From the IMG/VR virus record IMGVR_UViG_3300045988_146045, positions 1 to 45,884 of that record: a stretch of 45,884 nucleotides of DNA; one strand, written 5' to 3'. This DNA comes from a virus. A program made the translations under genes and the position numbers. The notes below the pieces were generated by a model. The model searched no databases. It was not told where the DNA came from and saw nothing but the letters and a program-made list of their open reading frames with translations. Below are positions 1-8,586 of this stretch, piece after piece; position 1 is the stretch's first letter; each line of letters opens with the position of its first letter.

Positions 1-119
1 ATTTTTTTTGATTTCAACAGTACCTAATTCGCCAGTTTTGATATTTACATCCTCGATAGTGATGCTATTTTTTTCTTTACTACATCCTACAAAACCAAAA
101 CACAATAATAAAACCAATA
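1..119. repeat. 119-bp terminal direct repeat; 1-119 is identical to 45766-45884 (assembly overlap, DTR or att duplication)
   Basis: Exact 119-nt identity between the window start and end, read directly; contains the 5' coding part of the lipoprotein gene. Confidence 0.9.
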
Positions 120-141
120 AACTTTTAAATATTTTTTTCAT
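1..141 (-). CDS. Lipoprotein N-terminal fragment (MKKIFKSLLVLLLCFGFVGCSKEKNS...), truncated at the window edge and continuous with 45199..45884 if the contig is circular
   Basis: Reverse-complement translation gives a signal peptide and lipobox LLLCFGFVGC. Start codon is complement 139-141 with RBS GGGAGAG upstream. Sequence is identical to the N-terminus of ORF 45199..45882. Confidence 0.75.
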   Translation of the reverse strand, partial: MKKIFKSLLVLLLCFGFVGCSKEKNSITIEDVNIKTGELGTVEIKKN

Positions 142-205
142 AAATATCTCTCCCTGATTATATATTTTTGTTTTAGGGTAAACTCCTAAAAAGGAGGTAC
201 CTGAT

Positions 206-406
206 ATGTTAAAAATAAAAATTTCGGAAGTAAGAAACAATAAAAGATTTTCAATCAGAAAACTTGCAATCCATAGCGGTATTTCAAAGTCAACTTTAAA
301 TGATTTTGAAAATGGTAAATCAATTCCTAGAATGGATTCTATGGAAAAAATTGCTATAGCACTTAATGTACGTATTTCAGATTTATATGATTCACCATAT
401 AAATAA
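206..406 (+). CDS. XRE-family helix-turn-helix transcriptional regulator (66 aa)
   Basis: RBS AAAGGAGGT upstream; HTH motif SIRKLAIHSGISKSTLNDFENGK typical of Cro/C1-type regulators. Confidence 0.75.
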   Translation: MLKIKISEVRNNKRFSIRKLAIHSGISKSTLNDFENGKSIPRMDSMEKIAIALNVRISDLYDSPYK

Positions 407-520
407 AATTCCGTCCGATAAATCGGACAAATGCCCTCGTTTTAACATTTTGGATTCAGATTGTTATATAATGTAATTACACTTCTCTATCCCAAAAATG
501 ACATAAGAGGGGGTGTTATT

Positions 521-646
521 ATGGACTTAAATTATGAAAAGTTACTTAAATCCCACATAACAGAGCTTTTAAAAGAAGTTCATAATACGCGAGTTTTGAA
601 ACTTATAATTAAATGTTTGGTGCAAGCTCGCCATGAAACCGATTAA
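521..646 (+). CDS. Hypothetical small protein (~41 aa, MDLNYEKLLKSHITELLKEV...)
   Basis: Internal ATG preceded by RBS AGAGGGGGTG; followed by an intrinsic terminator. Confidence 0.4.
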   Translation: MDLNYEKLLKSHITELLKEVHNTRVLKLIIKCLVQARHETD

Positions 647-668
647 TATTAATCGGTTTTTTTGTTCC
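636..668. terminator. Bidirectional rho-independent terminator (gaaaccgattaatattaatcggttttttt)
   Basis: Perfect 9-bp stem flanked by an A-run and a T-run, between convergent genes 521..646(+) and 649..1020(-). Confidence 0.7.
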
Positions 669-1020
669 CAAAACCTTTTATTATCTTATCAAGCAACAGT
701 ATATCTTCGTCCGAGAAGTCAACTATTGCTTTTACAAGATTTTTTCTTTCTTCACTCTCTCCTGACATAATTTTATCAATCTTTGAAATGATATCTAAAT
801 CAGGTTCTTCATCTTCTCCCATTATTAAATATTCTACTGTACAACAAAGAATATTAGCTATTTTTTTTAATATTTCGTAGTTTGGAGCTCTATAGCCACT
901 TTCGTATCCAGCTAAGGTACTCTTTGCCACACCAATTTGTTTAGCTAGGTCAACTTGAGAAATATTTTTATTATTTCTAACTTCTTTGATCCTTTTACCA
1001 ATTTCTTTGTTTGTGTCCAT
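649..1020 (-). CDS. CI-like phage repressor, XRE-family HTH without a peptidase S24 domain (123 aa)
   Basis: HTH motif ISQVDLAKQIGVAKSTLAGYESG; RBS GGAGGTGA; divergent from a cro-like gene with a palindromic operator in between. Confidence 0.75.
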   Translation of the reverse strand: MDTNKEIGKRIKEVRNNKNISQVDLAKQIGVAKSTLAGYESGYRAPNYEILKKIANILCCTVEYLIMGEDEEPDLDIISKIDKIMSGESEERKNLVKAIVDFSDEDILLLDKIIKGFGNKKTD

Positions 1021-1057
1021 CTATATCACCTCCTACAAATCTATTATAACTCAAAAT

Positions 1058-1084
1058 GCAAACTTTTAAAACAAAAAAGTTTGC
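1058..1084. promoter_or_regulatory. Operator palindrome gcaaacttttAAAACAAaaaagtttgc (10-bp arms, 7-bp spacer) in the cI/cro divergent region
   Basis: Perfect inverted repeat read directly, overlapping the -35 region of the leftward promoter and lying upstream of the rightward promoter. Confidence 0.6.
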
Positions 1085-1092
1085 GAATTGAA

Positions 1093-1121
1093 TTGACATC
1101 TAAATATATCAATGGTAATAT
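1093..1121 (+). promoter_or_regulatory. Sigma-A-type promoter for the cro-like gene: TTGACA-17-TAATAT
   Basis: Consensus -35 at 1093-1098, 17-bp spacer, -10 at 1116-1121; a second small inverted repeat (ttcgc-gatag-gcgaa) follows at 1129-1143. Confidence 0.6.
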
Positions 1122-1165
1122 GTATTTGTTCGCGATAGGCGAACTTGAATAAAGGAGGTGGTAAT

Positions 1166-1381
1166 ATGAATAAGGAAGCCAGCAACGAGAAAATTGCAGA
1201 AAGATTGGTTAAATTACGTAAAGATAATAATTTAACACAGGACGAGGTAGCTAATTCACTAGGTATTGCTAAATCATCACTCGCAAATTACGAAAATGGA
1301 TTCAGAAGACCAAAACCTGAAATAATGGTAAAAATAGCGAATTTTTATAACCAGTCTGTACAAGCAATTTTTTTTAATTAA
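1166..1381 (+). CDS. Cro-like XRE-family HTH regulator (71 aa from MNKEASNEK)
   Basis: RBS AAAGGAGGTGG with 7-nt spacer; HTH motif LTQDEVANSLGIAKSSLANYENG. Confidence 0.75.
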   Translation: MNKEASNEKIAERLVKLRKDNNLTQDEVANSLGIAKSSLANYENGFRRPKPEIMVKIANFYNQSVQAIFFN

Positions 1382-1427
1382 TAAGTTCGCTAAACGAGAA
1401 CTTAAATTTATTGGGAAGGAGAAGAGA

Positions 1428-2336
1428 ATGAGTCAAAATAAGAAAGCTATTGAAGTTGCGTTAAAGTATACTTTATCCAATGAGAACGAAAAAAGAAAAT
1501 ACGACAAGGCAATAGCAGAAGTCAAGAAAAAAACGGATGAACATAAAATAAACAAATTATTAAAAGCTAATTATGATAATGAACGCATTACATTATCAGC
1601 GAGAGAGTTACATAAGTTTTTAGAAATTGAAACACCATTTAAAAAATGGTTTGGAAGAATGGCTGAATACGGTTTTCAAGAAAATATTGATTTTAGAGAA
1701 GTTATGGACAAAATTGTCCAAAACCCTCAAGGTGGACGTCCTTCAACGGATTATGAAATCAGTATTGATATGGCTAAAGAAATCTCGATGCTTCAGCGAA
1801 GTGAGAAAGGTAAACAAGCTAGACAGTATTTTATTGAATTAGAAAAGAAATGGAACAGCCCAGAGCAAATCATGGCTAGAGCGGTTTTGTTATCGAATAG
1901 TAAAATTGAACATTTAACCTTAGAAAACGAACAATTAAAAGAAAAGGCATTGTTTGCAGAGGCAGTTAGCGCTAGTCCTGATTCAATTTATATTGGTGAT
2001 TTAGCTAAATTATTAAAACAAAATGGGATAAGTATTGGTCAAAATAGACTGTTTGAAGTATTAAGAAATGAAGGTTATTTAATCAAACGTGAATGTATGC
2101 GTAATGAACCTACCCAACGATCATTAGAATTAGGAATTATGGAATTAGTTGAAAGTACTTGGGAATATTCAGGCGGTTTGAAACGAATCAATAAAACTAC
2201 TTTTATTACTGGTAAAGGTCAAATATATTTTATCAATAAGTTTTTAAATAAGACAGATAACATTTCAGCAAAAATCGGTCACGTTGAGTTTATCGATGAA
2301 GAAGAAAAGCCCGACGAAGAATCGAGCTTTTGGTAA
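1428..2336 (+). CDS. Phage antirepressor (AntA/ORF6N N-domain plus KilA-C/AntB-type C-domain)
   Basis: Motif ISIDMAKEISMLQRSEKGKQARQYFIELEKKW is typical of the ORF6N/AntA family; sits immediately downstream of cro. Confidence 0.7.
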   Translation: MSQNKKAIEVALKYTLSNENEKRKYDKAIAEVKKKTDEHKINKLLKANYDNERITLSARELHKFLEIETPFKKWFGRMAEYGFQENIDFREVMDKIVQNPQGGRPSTDYEISIDMAKEISMLQRSEKGKQARQYFIELEKKWNSPEQIMARAVLLSNSKIEHLTLENEQLKEKALFAEAVSASPDSIYIGDLAKLLKQNGISIGQNRLFEVLRNEGYLIKRECMRNEPTQRSLELGIMELVESTWEYSGGLKRINKTTFITGKGQIYFINKFLNKTDNISAKIGHVEFIDEEEKPDEESSFW

Positions 2337-2348
2337 GGTGGGCGAATA

Positions 2349-2561
2349 ATGCTTGGTTATAACGAATTAAAAATGCTTTTTCCTAATCGTTCTAAGGATT
2401 ACATATACAAACTTATTAGAAAGTTAAAGGAAAAATATAACTGCAATTATACTCAGAGCGTAATATCAGCTGACATTGTATCTAAAGAATTCAATATTGA
2501 AATAGATACGATAATAAAAATAGTGTCACCGACTGCAATCGGTGACACACAACACACATAA
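2349..2561 (+). CDS. Small putative DNA-binding protein, possibly HTH_17/excisionase-like (70 aa)
   Basis: Segment NELKMLFPNRSKDYIYKLIRKL resembles MerR-type excisionase HTHs; location in the lysogeny module. Weak. Confidence 0.3.
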   Translation: MLGYNELKMLFPNRSKDYIYKLIRKLKEKYNCNYTQSVISADIVSKEFNIEIDTIIKIVSPTAIGDTQHT

Positions 2562-2591
2562 AAATTATAGCGCAAAAATGGAGAAAATACA

Positions 2592-3050
2592 ATGAGATTT
2601 AGAAGTCGTGGAATATTAACAGTACTTGCAGTGGTTCTTATTATAGCAAGTCTAGTAGTTAGCGTTATTGGAAACGTATGTACACGAGTAGATGCTGAAT
2701 TCAAAGAAGTATATCCCACTGAAGTACAAGAAGCTTCTGCTTATGGATTGCAAGAGATACCCGCTTGAAGATCACTAGGTATTTACAAAATTACTAACTA
2801 CTGTAGCTGTTATGAATGTAACGGACAGTGGACGGGATATTTAACCCGTTCAGGTACAAATTATGTAGAGGGTAGAACGGTAGGGGTAGATACAAATTAT
2901 ATTCCCCTAGGTTCAAAGATAATGATTGACGGTCACATTTACACTGCTGAAGATACCGGTTCGTTTAGAGGAAAGGTAATTGATGTATATGTAAGCGACC
3001 ATAGCAAATTTGATAGGAAATACGAAGAAGTTTATATACTGGAGGGATAA
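2592..3050 (+). pseudogene. Membrane-anchored 3D-domain (MltA/YocH-like) cell-wall protein interrupted by an in-frame TGA at 2766-2768
   Basis: N-terminal 58 codons encode a TM helix. The same frame continues after the TGA into a textbook 3D domain (NYCSCYECNGQW...GVDTNYIPLGSKIMIDGHIYTAEDTGSFRGKVIDVYV). RBS GGAGA before ATG 2592. Confidence 0.7.
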
Positions 3051-3054
3051 AAAA

Positions 3055-3537
3055 ATGAAAAAAGAAGATTTAAAACTATGTGATGTGGTTGAACTGAAAA
3101 ATGGTGAAGTCAAAATTATGTTACATGGAATTTTTGAAGATAATGTTGTCGCTTTCATGGATATAAAGAACGGAAGATATGTTTCTTTCGGGGAATACAA
3201 TGATGATTTATTTCATAAGGAACATCAAAATTTTGATATTATGAAAGTTAAACATTTTGAGTATTCAGGCGATGCGTTTAGAGCGTTAGGAATGATTAAA
3301 AATCGTTCTGCTTATCCTTTTGCTTGGGACTGGGAACGCGGTCTTGAATATTACAATGGGAAACTTGTTTGTGTAGAAAGTTCATCATCAGTTTATATGA
3401 CGAAAGGAAAAATCTATAAGTCAAAAAACGGGAGAATTTACGATGATGAAGGTGATTTATGGAGAATGGGAATTAAAAATTTAGAACATCTTCATAATAC
3501 CACTTCTTGTAAGTTCATCGAACTTGTGGAGGATTAA
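3055..3537 (+). CDS. Hypothetical protein (160 aa from MKKEDLKL)
   Basis: RBS GGAGGG 6 nt upstream of ATG 3055; the track ORF 3010..3537 has the same frame. Confidence 0.5.
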   Translation: MKKEDLKLCDVVELKNGEVKIMLHGIFEDNVVAFMDIKNGRYVSFGEYNDDLFHKEHQNFDIMKVKHFEYSGDAFRALGMIKNRSAYPFAWDWERGLEYYNGKLVCVESSSSVYMTKGKIYKSKNGRIYDDEGDLWRMGIKNLEHLHNTTSCKFIELVED

Positions 3538-3538
3538 T

Positions 3539-3688
3539 ATGACTGAATCGAAGGAAAAGTTGTTCAATCTTGAACGTCAGCTTTTTGAGTTAGAAATGAA
3601 AGATCATTGGGATAATGCGGATTTTGATTTATCAAGAGAGTTAAGAGAAGAAATAAAAAATGTTAAGGAGGAAATGAAAAAATGCTAA
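3539..3688 (+). CDS. Hypothetical small protein (49 aa)
   Basis: RBS GGAGG 6 nt upstream of ATG 3539; overlaps the start of the downstream gene (ATGCTAA). Confidence 0.4.
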   Translation: MTESKEKLFNLERQLFELEMKDHWDNADFDLSRELREEIKNVKEEMKKC

Positions 3689-4590
3689 GTAATGATAATT
3701 ATTATAAATCGACAGGCTATATGTCAGCATCTTTATTAAAACAATTCATTAAGTGTGAACATACAGCATTGGCTATGTATAAAGGTGACTACTCTTTAAC
3801 AAAAAATACAGCAATGTTAGTCGGTGGATTTGTAGATGCTTGGTGTGAAGGCACATTAAGTGAATACCAAAATAATAATCCTGAATTGTTTAATAAAAAG
3901 ATAATTGAATTACCTGATACAGCTGAACGTGTTTCAAACATTAGACCTGAATTTGTTACAAAAAACGGAAAACTAAAAAGAGATAAAATTTCTCAAATAA
4001 AAAAAGAATTGCCTGAATTATTTGGTTGTGAACTTACTTTAAAAAGTGATTTTGTAAATGCTCAAGAAATCATAAATACAATTAGTAATAATGAACTGTT
4101 TATGGATTTCTTAACTGGCGAAAAACAAAAAATCGTAACTGGTGAAATTGAAGGAGTTCCTTTTAAGGGGAAACTTGATATTTACAATGGTGAAAGAATT
4201 GTAGATTTAAAAATAATGAGATCGTGTGAACGAGTTATGGGTAAGTCGTTAGTTGAACACTGGGGTTACGATATTCAGTTGGCAATTTATCAGGAACTTG
4301 TTTATCAGGAACTTGGCAAAAAATTGCCTTGCTATTTAGCAATTGCAACAAAAGAAGAACCAGCGGATTTAGCTATCGTTGAGGTTAACCAAATGAATTT
4401 AGATACTGCTATGGATCACATTAAGAATATATTACCTAGAATTAAACAAATTATTAACGGTGATGTAAAAGCAAGACATTGTAACCATTGCGAATACTGT
4501 CGAGAGACTAAAGAGTTGAAAATAATCGATAGCGATTTATTAGGTATGAGTGATGAAGATATATTTTATGTGACGGGAAAGGAAGTTTAG
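3682..4590 (+). CDS. PD-(D/E)XK nuclease, Cas4/RecB-like, with a C-terminal Cys cluster (CNHCEYC)
   Basis: Motifs ...IVDLKIM... and ...YDIQLAIYQEL... plus a C-terminal Cx2Cx2C, typical of Cas4/AddB-type Fe-S nucleases; first gene of the recombination module. Confidence 0.55.
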   Translation: MLSNDNYYKSTGYMSASLLKQFIKCEHTALAMYKGDYSLTKNTAMLVGGFVDAWCEGTLSEYQNNNPELFNKKIIELPDTAERVSNIRPEFVTKNGKLKRDKISQIKKELPELFGCELTLKSDFVNAQEIINTISNNELFMDFLTGEKQKIVTGEIEGVPFKGKLDIYNGERIVDLKIMRSCERVMGKSLVEHWGYDIQLAIYQELVYQELGKKLPCYLAIATKEEPADLAIVEVNQMNLDTAMDHIKNILPRIKQIINGDVKARHCNHCEYCRETKELKIIDSDLLGMSDEDIFYVTGKEV

Positions 4591-4591
4591 T

Positions 4592-5248
4592 ATGGCAAAC
4601 GCTTTGATTTACTGCCAATCAGGTGGCGGAAAGACTGTCAACGCTACTAGAGTTGATGGAAAAATGAATTTATTGATGTGCAGTGACAATAGTCAGGTGG
4701 TTTTAAATAATCCTGAATTCAAAAGGGATAACTTAGATATAAAAATTATTGCAACTTATGAAAATTTTATAACTGATTTTGAAACTGCTGTTAAAAGTGG
4801 AAAATACGAAAACATCATCTTAGATAATTTGAGTGATATTTTTGATTTAGGAATTTTGGAAATGGAAGCAAGTGGAAAATATAAGGATATTAGAAAGGCG
4901 TATTTGATTATCTACCATGCGCTTAAAAGACTTGCTCGAGCAAGTGGTCAAGTAGGATGTAATGTTATCTTCACTTGTTGGGAAACATTTGATGATGATG
5001 TTGTAATGCCTGATGGAACGATTGGGAAAAGAATCAAACCTAGATTACCTGAAAAAATTATCGATAGTGTTTTAGGTTTATGTAATGTAGTAGGCAGAGT
5101 AGAGAACAAAATTGGACAAGACGGTAAAGTTCATTATTACTACAACTATGTAGGTAGTGCAAAAATGTACGGGAAAGACCAGCTATTTAATAGAAAATAT
5201 GGCAAACCCGAAAATATATTTAATGGAAAAGATAAAGGAGATATGTAA
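4592..5248 (+). CDS. RecA-like P-loop ATPase, Sak4-type core-only recombinase
   Basis: Walker A motif YCQSGGGKT near the N-terminus; about 218 aa; sits next to the nuclease and the DUF669/SSB-like gene. Confidence 0.55.
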   Translation: MANALIYCQSGGGKTVNATRVDGKMNLLMCSDNSQVVLNNPEFKRDNLDIKIIATYENFITDFETAVKSGKYENIILDNLSDIFDLGILEMEASGKYKDIRKAYLIIYHALKRLARASGQVGCNVIFTCWETFDDDVVMPDGTIGKRIKPRLPEKIIDSVLGLCNVVGRVENKIGQDGKVHYYYNYVGSAKMYGKDQLFNRKYGKPENIFNGKDKGDM

Positions 5249-5250
5249 TT

Positions 5251-5721
5251 ATGGTAAATTGGAATTTTAACCCTAACGATGTAAAAGAAGTGAGTTTTGA
5301 ACCAGCACCAGCTGGTGATACAAGAGTAAAAATTGTTTCTATGGAAGAAAAAAAATCATCATCAGGTAATGATATGTGGGAATTTATTTTCAAACCAAGC
5401 GGTGGATATTCAAATATTTATTGGTATTTAGTATTCGATCCAAAAAATTCTACAATGACAAATACTAATTTAAGTAGATTATGGGATAGTTTTGGTATGG
5501 CTGGTGTTCCTACAATCAATGTAACACCGCAATTCTTTGTTAATGCAATTGGTGCAGTTCGCATTAAACATGAAGTTTATAACAATGAAACAAGAGCAAA
5601 AGTTCATTACTTGATTGAACGAGAAAAACAAATCAATATACCTCAATGGCAAGAATCAAAGGCGGTTCAAAGTGTTACTAGTGGACCTGATATTTTTCAG
5701 GATGATGGTCCTCAATTTTAA
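5251..5721 (+). CDS. DUF669-like phage protein, possible SSB-like partner of Sak4 with an acidic C-terminal tail (DIFQDDGPQF)
   Basis: Gene context (next to Sak4 and a helicase) and an acidic, aromatic-ended C-terminus reminiscent of SSB tails. Confidence 0.4.
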   Translation: MVNWNFNPNDVKEVSFEPAPAGDTRVKIVSMEEKKSSSGNDMWEFIFKPSGGYSNIYWYLVFDPKNSTMTNTNLSRLWDSFGMAGVPTINVTPQFFVNAIGAVRIKHEVYNNETRAKVHYLIEREKQINIPQWQESKAVQSVTSGPDIFQDDGPQF

Positions 5722-5723
5722 CA

Positions 5724-7064
5724 ATGATTCAGCTTAGAGATTATCAAGAAACTGTTTATCAGGATACTATAAAAGCCATAAATAAAGGTTCTAAAGGTAT
5801 CCTGATACAGTTACCTTGCCGTAGTGGTAAAAGTTATGTAATGGCTAAGTTCGTTGAAACTTGCAAAGGCAATAGTTTAATCCTAGCGCATAGAAACGAG
5901 CTCCTTAGTCAGCACAAAGAACTGATAGATAGTCTAGGGTTGTTAAATAAATGTAGATTAGCAAGTGTATTTACAGAAGTAAACCATCTAGGGGAACATG
6001 AAAAACCTATGGTTATTTTGATAGACGAATGTCACTTGAGTGAAGCAAGCAGTTATAAAAAAATAGCCGATTTTTATGGTTGTATAATAATTGGCTTTAG
6101 CGCAACACCTACTAGATTAAATGGAGATAAATTAACATTGTACGATACATTGATTAATGGTGTATCAGTTAAATATTTAATAAAACAAGGTGCTATAGCA
6201 GATTTTGAGTATTACGCTCCTGACATAGCATTGGATTTAACTGATATCGATACATTAGGTGGTGACTATAACGGTAAGCAGCTTAATGATCTTATGTTTA
6301 ACAGTGCCATTTATGGTGATGTGATAGACAGTTATAAAAAATTAGGCGATGGCAGACAAGCGATTGCTTACTGTGCCGGTGTTAATCATTCTAAAAAAGT
6401 ATGTGAGGAGTTTAACTCAGCTGGTATAAAAGCTGTACATATTGATGGTTCGATGAATAAAACTGAACGTAAAAAAATAATGGATTTATATCGTTCAGGT
6501 TATTATACAGTTCTATGCAATGCAAATATTATAAGTGAGGGTATTACACTGCCTAATGCATCTATAGGACTGCTACTAAGACCTACACAGAGTTTAGCAT
6601 TATATATTCAGCAGAGTATGAGAGTTTTAACCCCTGATGGTAATGGAAAAAAAGCAGTTATTATTGACTGTGTTGGTAATTATCAAAGACATGGTCTTCC
6701 CGATGAGAATAGAGAATGGACTTTGGAGGGTGTTAAACGTAAACATAAAACAAATAATGATGATGGTAGTTTTACAATCAGAAACTGTCCTAACTGTTTC
6801 AGGATTTTTAAAACTGCAAATAAATGTCCTTACTGTGGACACGAGTTTGAGGTTAAGGGTCGTGAATTGCAGTGTATGGAAGAAGTTCGTTTACGAAAAA
6901 TTAGCGAACAAGAAAAAATAGCTATAGCTGAACATAAGAGAAAACAAAGAATGGAAGTCGGAATGGCTAAAACAAAAGAAGATTTAATAAAAATAGCAAG
7001 AGAACGAGGGTATAAGCCCGGATGGATATTCGTTACTGCTAAAAGAAAAGGAATAAAATTATGA
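5724..7064 (+). CDS. Superfamily-2 DEAD/DEAH-box DNA helicase with a C-terminal zinc ribbon
   Basis: Motif I PCRSGKS, motif II DECH, motif III SAT, and CPNC...CPYC at the C-terminus. Confidence 0.8.
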   Translation: MIQLRDYQETVYQDTIKAINKGSKGILIQLPCRSGKSYVMAKFVETCKGNSLILAHRNELLSQHKELIDSLGLLNKCRLASVFTEVNHLGEHEKPMVILIDECHLSEASSYKKIADFYGCIIIGFSATPTRLNGDKLTLYDTLINGVSVKYLIKQGAIADFEYYAPDIALDLTDIDTLGGDYNGKQLNDLMFNSAIYGDVIDSYKKLGDGRQAIAYCAGVNHSKKVCEEFNSAGIKAVHIDGSMNKTERKKIMDLYRSGYYTVLCNANIISEGITLPNASIGLLLRPTQSLALYIQQSMRVLTPDGNGKKAVIIDCVGNYQRHGLPDENREWTLEGVKRKHKTNNDDGSFTIRNCPNCFRIFKTANKCPYCGHEFEVKGRELQCMEEVRLRKISEQEKIAIAEHKRKQRMEVGMAKTKEDLIKIARERGYKPGWIFVTAKRKGIKL

Positions 7065-7606
7065 AAGATAAATTAAACATTTTAAAAACGGATGGTCGTT
7101 TATATGAAGTAGTGGAATTAATGAGCAAATTAGCAAAACAAAACGGGGACTATTATCGATTATATAAGAAAAACAATACATTGTTTTTTTATAACTTTAA
7201 TGTAGGTATCTTGTATGAAGCTGACAACGATATTTTAGACAGTACCGTTATTGATTGTGTAGATGGTGAATACAAGATTTACAAGGGCATTAAAACTGGA
7301 TATCTGCTTACGAAAGAAAGTGATTGCATCGGTAATTTAAACAGTCGAATTTTAAGCAAGGCAGTAAACGCGAAAGAATTATGTTACATAAATAAAAAAG
7401 ACAGTTACATGATCCATGAGATTATGAATTCAGCTTTAATCACTGATGACGATTTAGATTTAATAACTCTATTTGATAACTCTATACTTAAACTAAGTGA
7501 TGATGGTAATAACTTTTTGATTAAAAACTATTATGAACAGCAGTATCCATTTCTTAAAACTACGACTTATATTGTTCTGGGATTGGAGTGGAGTCCTGAT
7601 GAATAA
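7061..7606 (+). CDS. Hypothetical protein (181 aa)
   Basis: ORF overlaps its neighbours by 4 nt in a plus-strand early operon. Confidence 0.45.
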   Translation: MKDKLNILKTDGRLYEVVELMSKLAKQNGDYYRLYKKNNTLFFYNFNVGILYEADNDILDSTVIDCVDGEYKIYKGIKTGYLLTKESDCIGNLNSRILSKAVNAKELCYINKKDSYMIHEIMNSALITDDDLDLITLFDNSILKLSDDGNNFLIKNYYEQQYPFLKTTTYIVLGLEWSPDE

Positions 7607-7772
7607 AATATGCAAGTGCTGTAAACACAATATAAAAAATAAGTGTACGATTAGTGGGTTGGAAATTCAACCTACTAAAAAGCGCTGCAATAAATTTAGT
7701 AAGAGATATGAGCAGGAAAGTTTATTTGATGCAATTGGAAATAGAGGTGATCCATACAATGAAAGATATTAA
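7599..7772 (+). CDS. Hypothetical Cys-rich small protein (MNKICKCCKHN...)
   Basis: ATG at 7599 overlaps the upstream stop; the track ORF 7533..7772 has the same frame. Confidence 0.4.
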   Translation: MNKICKCCKHNIKNKCTISGLEIQPTKKRCNKFSKRYEQESLFDAIGNRGDPYNERY

Positions 7773-8091
7773 TATTGTTGATGAGTTTTTAAACAGTTAT
7801 TACCGTTCGCCTACAAAGAAAGAGTTTATTCTGTTGGGCGGAGATATAAAAACTGTTGAAAAAAAGTTCAAAAGCTATCGTAAATTTTTGGACTATTATG
7901 GTTATGATGCTCCAACAAGAACAAAGACACTACAAGTGTTAGACGATAGAAATAATATTGTTTATGAAGGAACAACTAGAGATATTGCGGAAAAGTACGG
8001 CGTATATTATACGACTGTGTTAAAAGCAGTCAATCACGGGTTACGGCTAAAATGCTGTTATTCGGTACGAAACAAGGAGTTAAAATTATGA
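7759..8091 (+). CDS. Hypothetical protein with a C-terminal HTH-like segment (TTRDIAEKYGVYYTTVLKAVNHG)
   Basis: RBS GAGGTGA 8 nt before ATG 7759; same frame as the track ORF 7654..8091. Confidence 0.45.
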   Translation: MKDINIVDEFLNSYYRSPTKKEFILLGGDIKTVEKKFKSYRKFLDYYGYDAPTRTKTLQVLDDRNNIVYEGTTRDIAEKYGVYYTTVLKAVNHGLRLKCCYSVRNKELKL

Positions 8092-8351
8092 AGTTAAAAA
8101 TAAATGATAATTACATAATCACTTCAGACACACACTGCTATATATTAAATAAAATATTATTTAATAAAAAAACAAATGAAGAATATTTACAACCAATTGG
8201 TTTTTATAAATCACTTGATGATTTAATCCTAGGACTTATAAACCGAGAAATAAGAACGCACGATTTAGAGTGTGTTAATAAAATAATAAGCCATATATCC
8301 GCTATAAAGGATGAAATTCTATCAGAGGTAAGAAAGCATGAAAATCAATAG
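8088..8351 (+). CDS. Hypothetical protein
   Basis: RBS CAAGGAGT before ATG 8088 (ATGA overlap with the upstream stop). Confidence 0.45.
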   Translation: MKLKINDNYIITSDTHCYILNKILFNKKTNEEYLQPIGFYKSLDDLILGLINREIRTHDLECVNKIISHISAIKDEILSEVRKHENQ

Positions 8352-8586
8352 ACGTATTTATGAAAATATGGTTGATGAAATTTATGATTCATTGCTTGGT
8401 AAGGAGGGTGAATATATTATCTATGTTTCACGTGCTATGTATTCATATATTAAAATGATTCAATCTTACAAAATGATAGCAAATAACTATGTGCCTAGAA
8501 TTCTGGGATTCCCACTATTACTTAAAGAAGAATTGAATGGCAATGAATATGAGGCGGTTAAATTGGAGGTAACTGATGAATCCTGA
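8338..8586 (+). CDS. Hypothetical protein (82 aa)
   Basis: Tightly packed ORF in the same operon. Confidence 0.4.
   Translation: MKINRRIYENMVDEIYDSLLGKEGEYIIYVSRAMYSYIKMIQSYKMIANNYVPRILGFPLLLKEELNGNEYEAVKLEVTDES

Noticed and set aside
1-141. Truncated lipoprotein fragment as a pseudogene created by phage insertion
   Set aside because: The fragment is identical base for base to the 5' end of the intact copy at the other end of the window, down to the terminal repeat. It is the same gene, seen twice because of terminal redundancy or att duplication, not an independent decayed copy.
2766-2768. In-frame TGA as evidence of an alternative genetic code (TGA read as Trp or Gly)
   Set aside because: All other long genes, including the 1510-aa tape measure protein and terL, are intact under the standard code with normal TGA stops. 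A single event is better explained by a mutation, an error or local readthrough.
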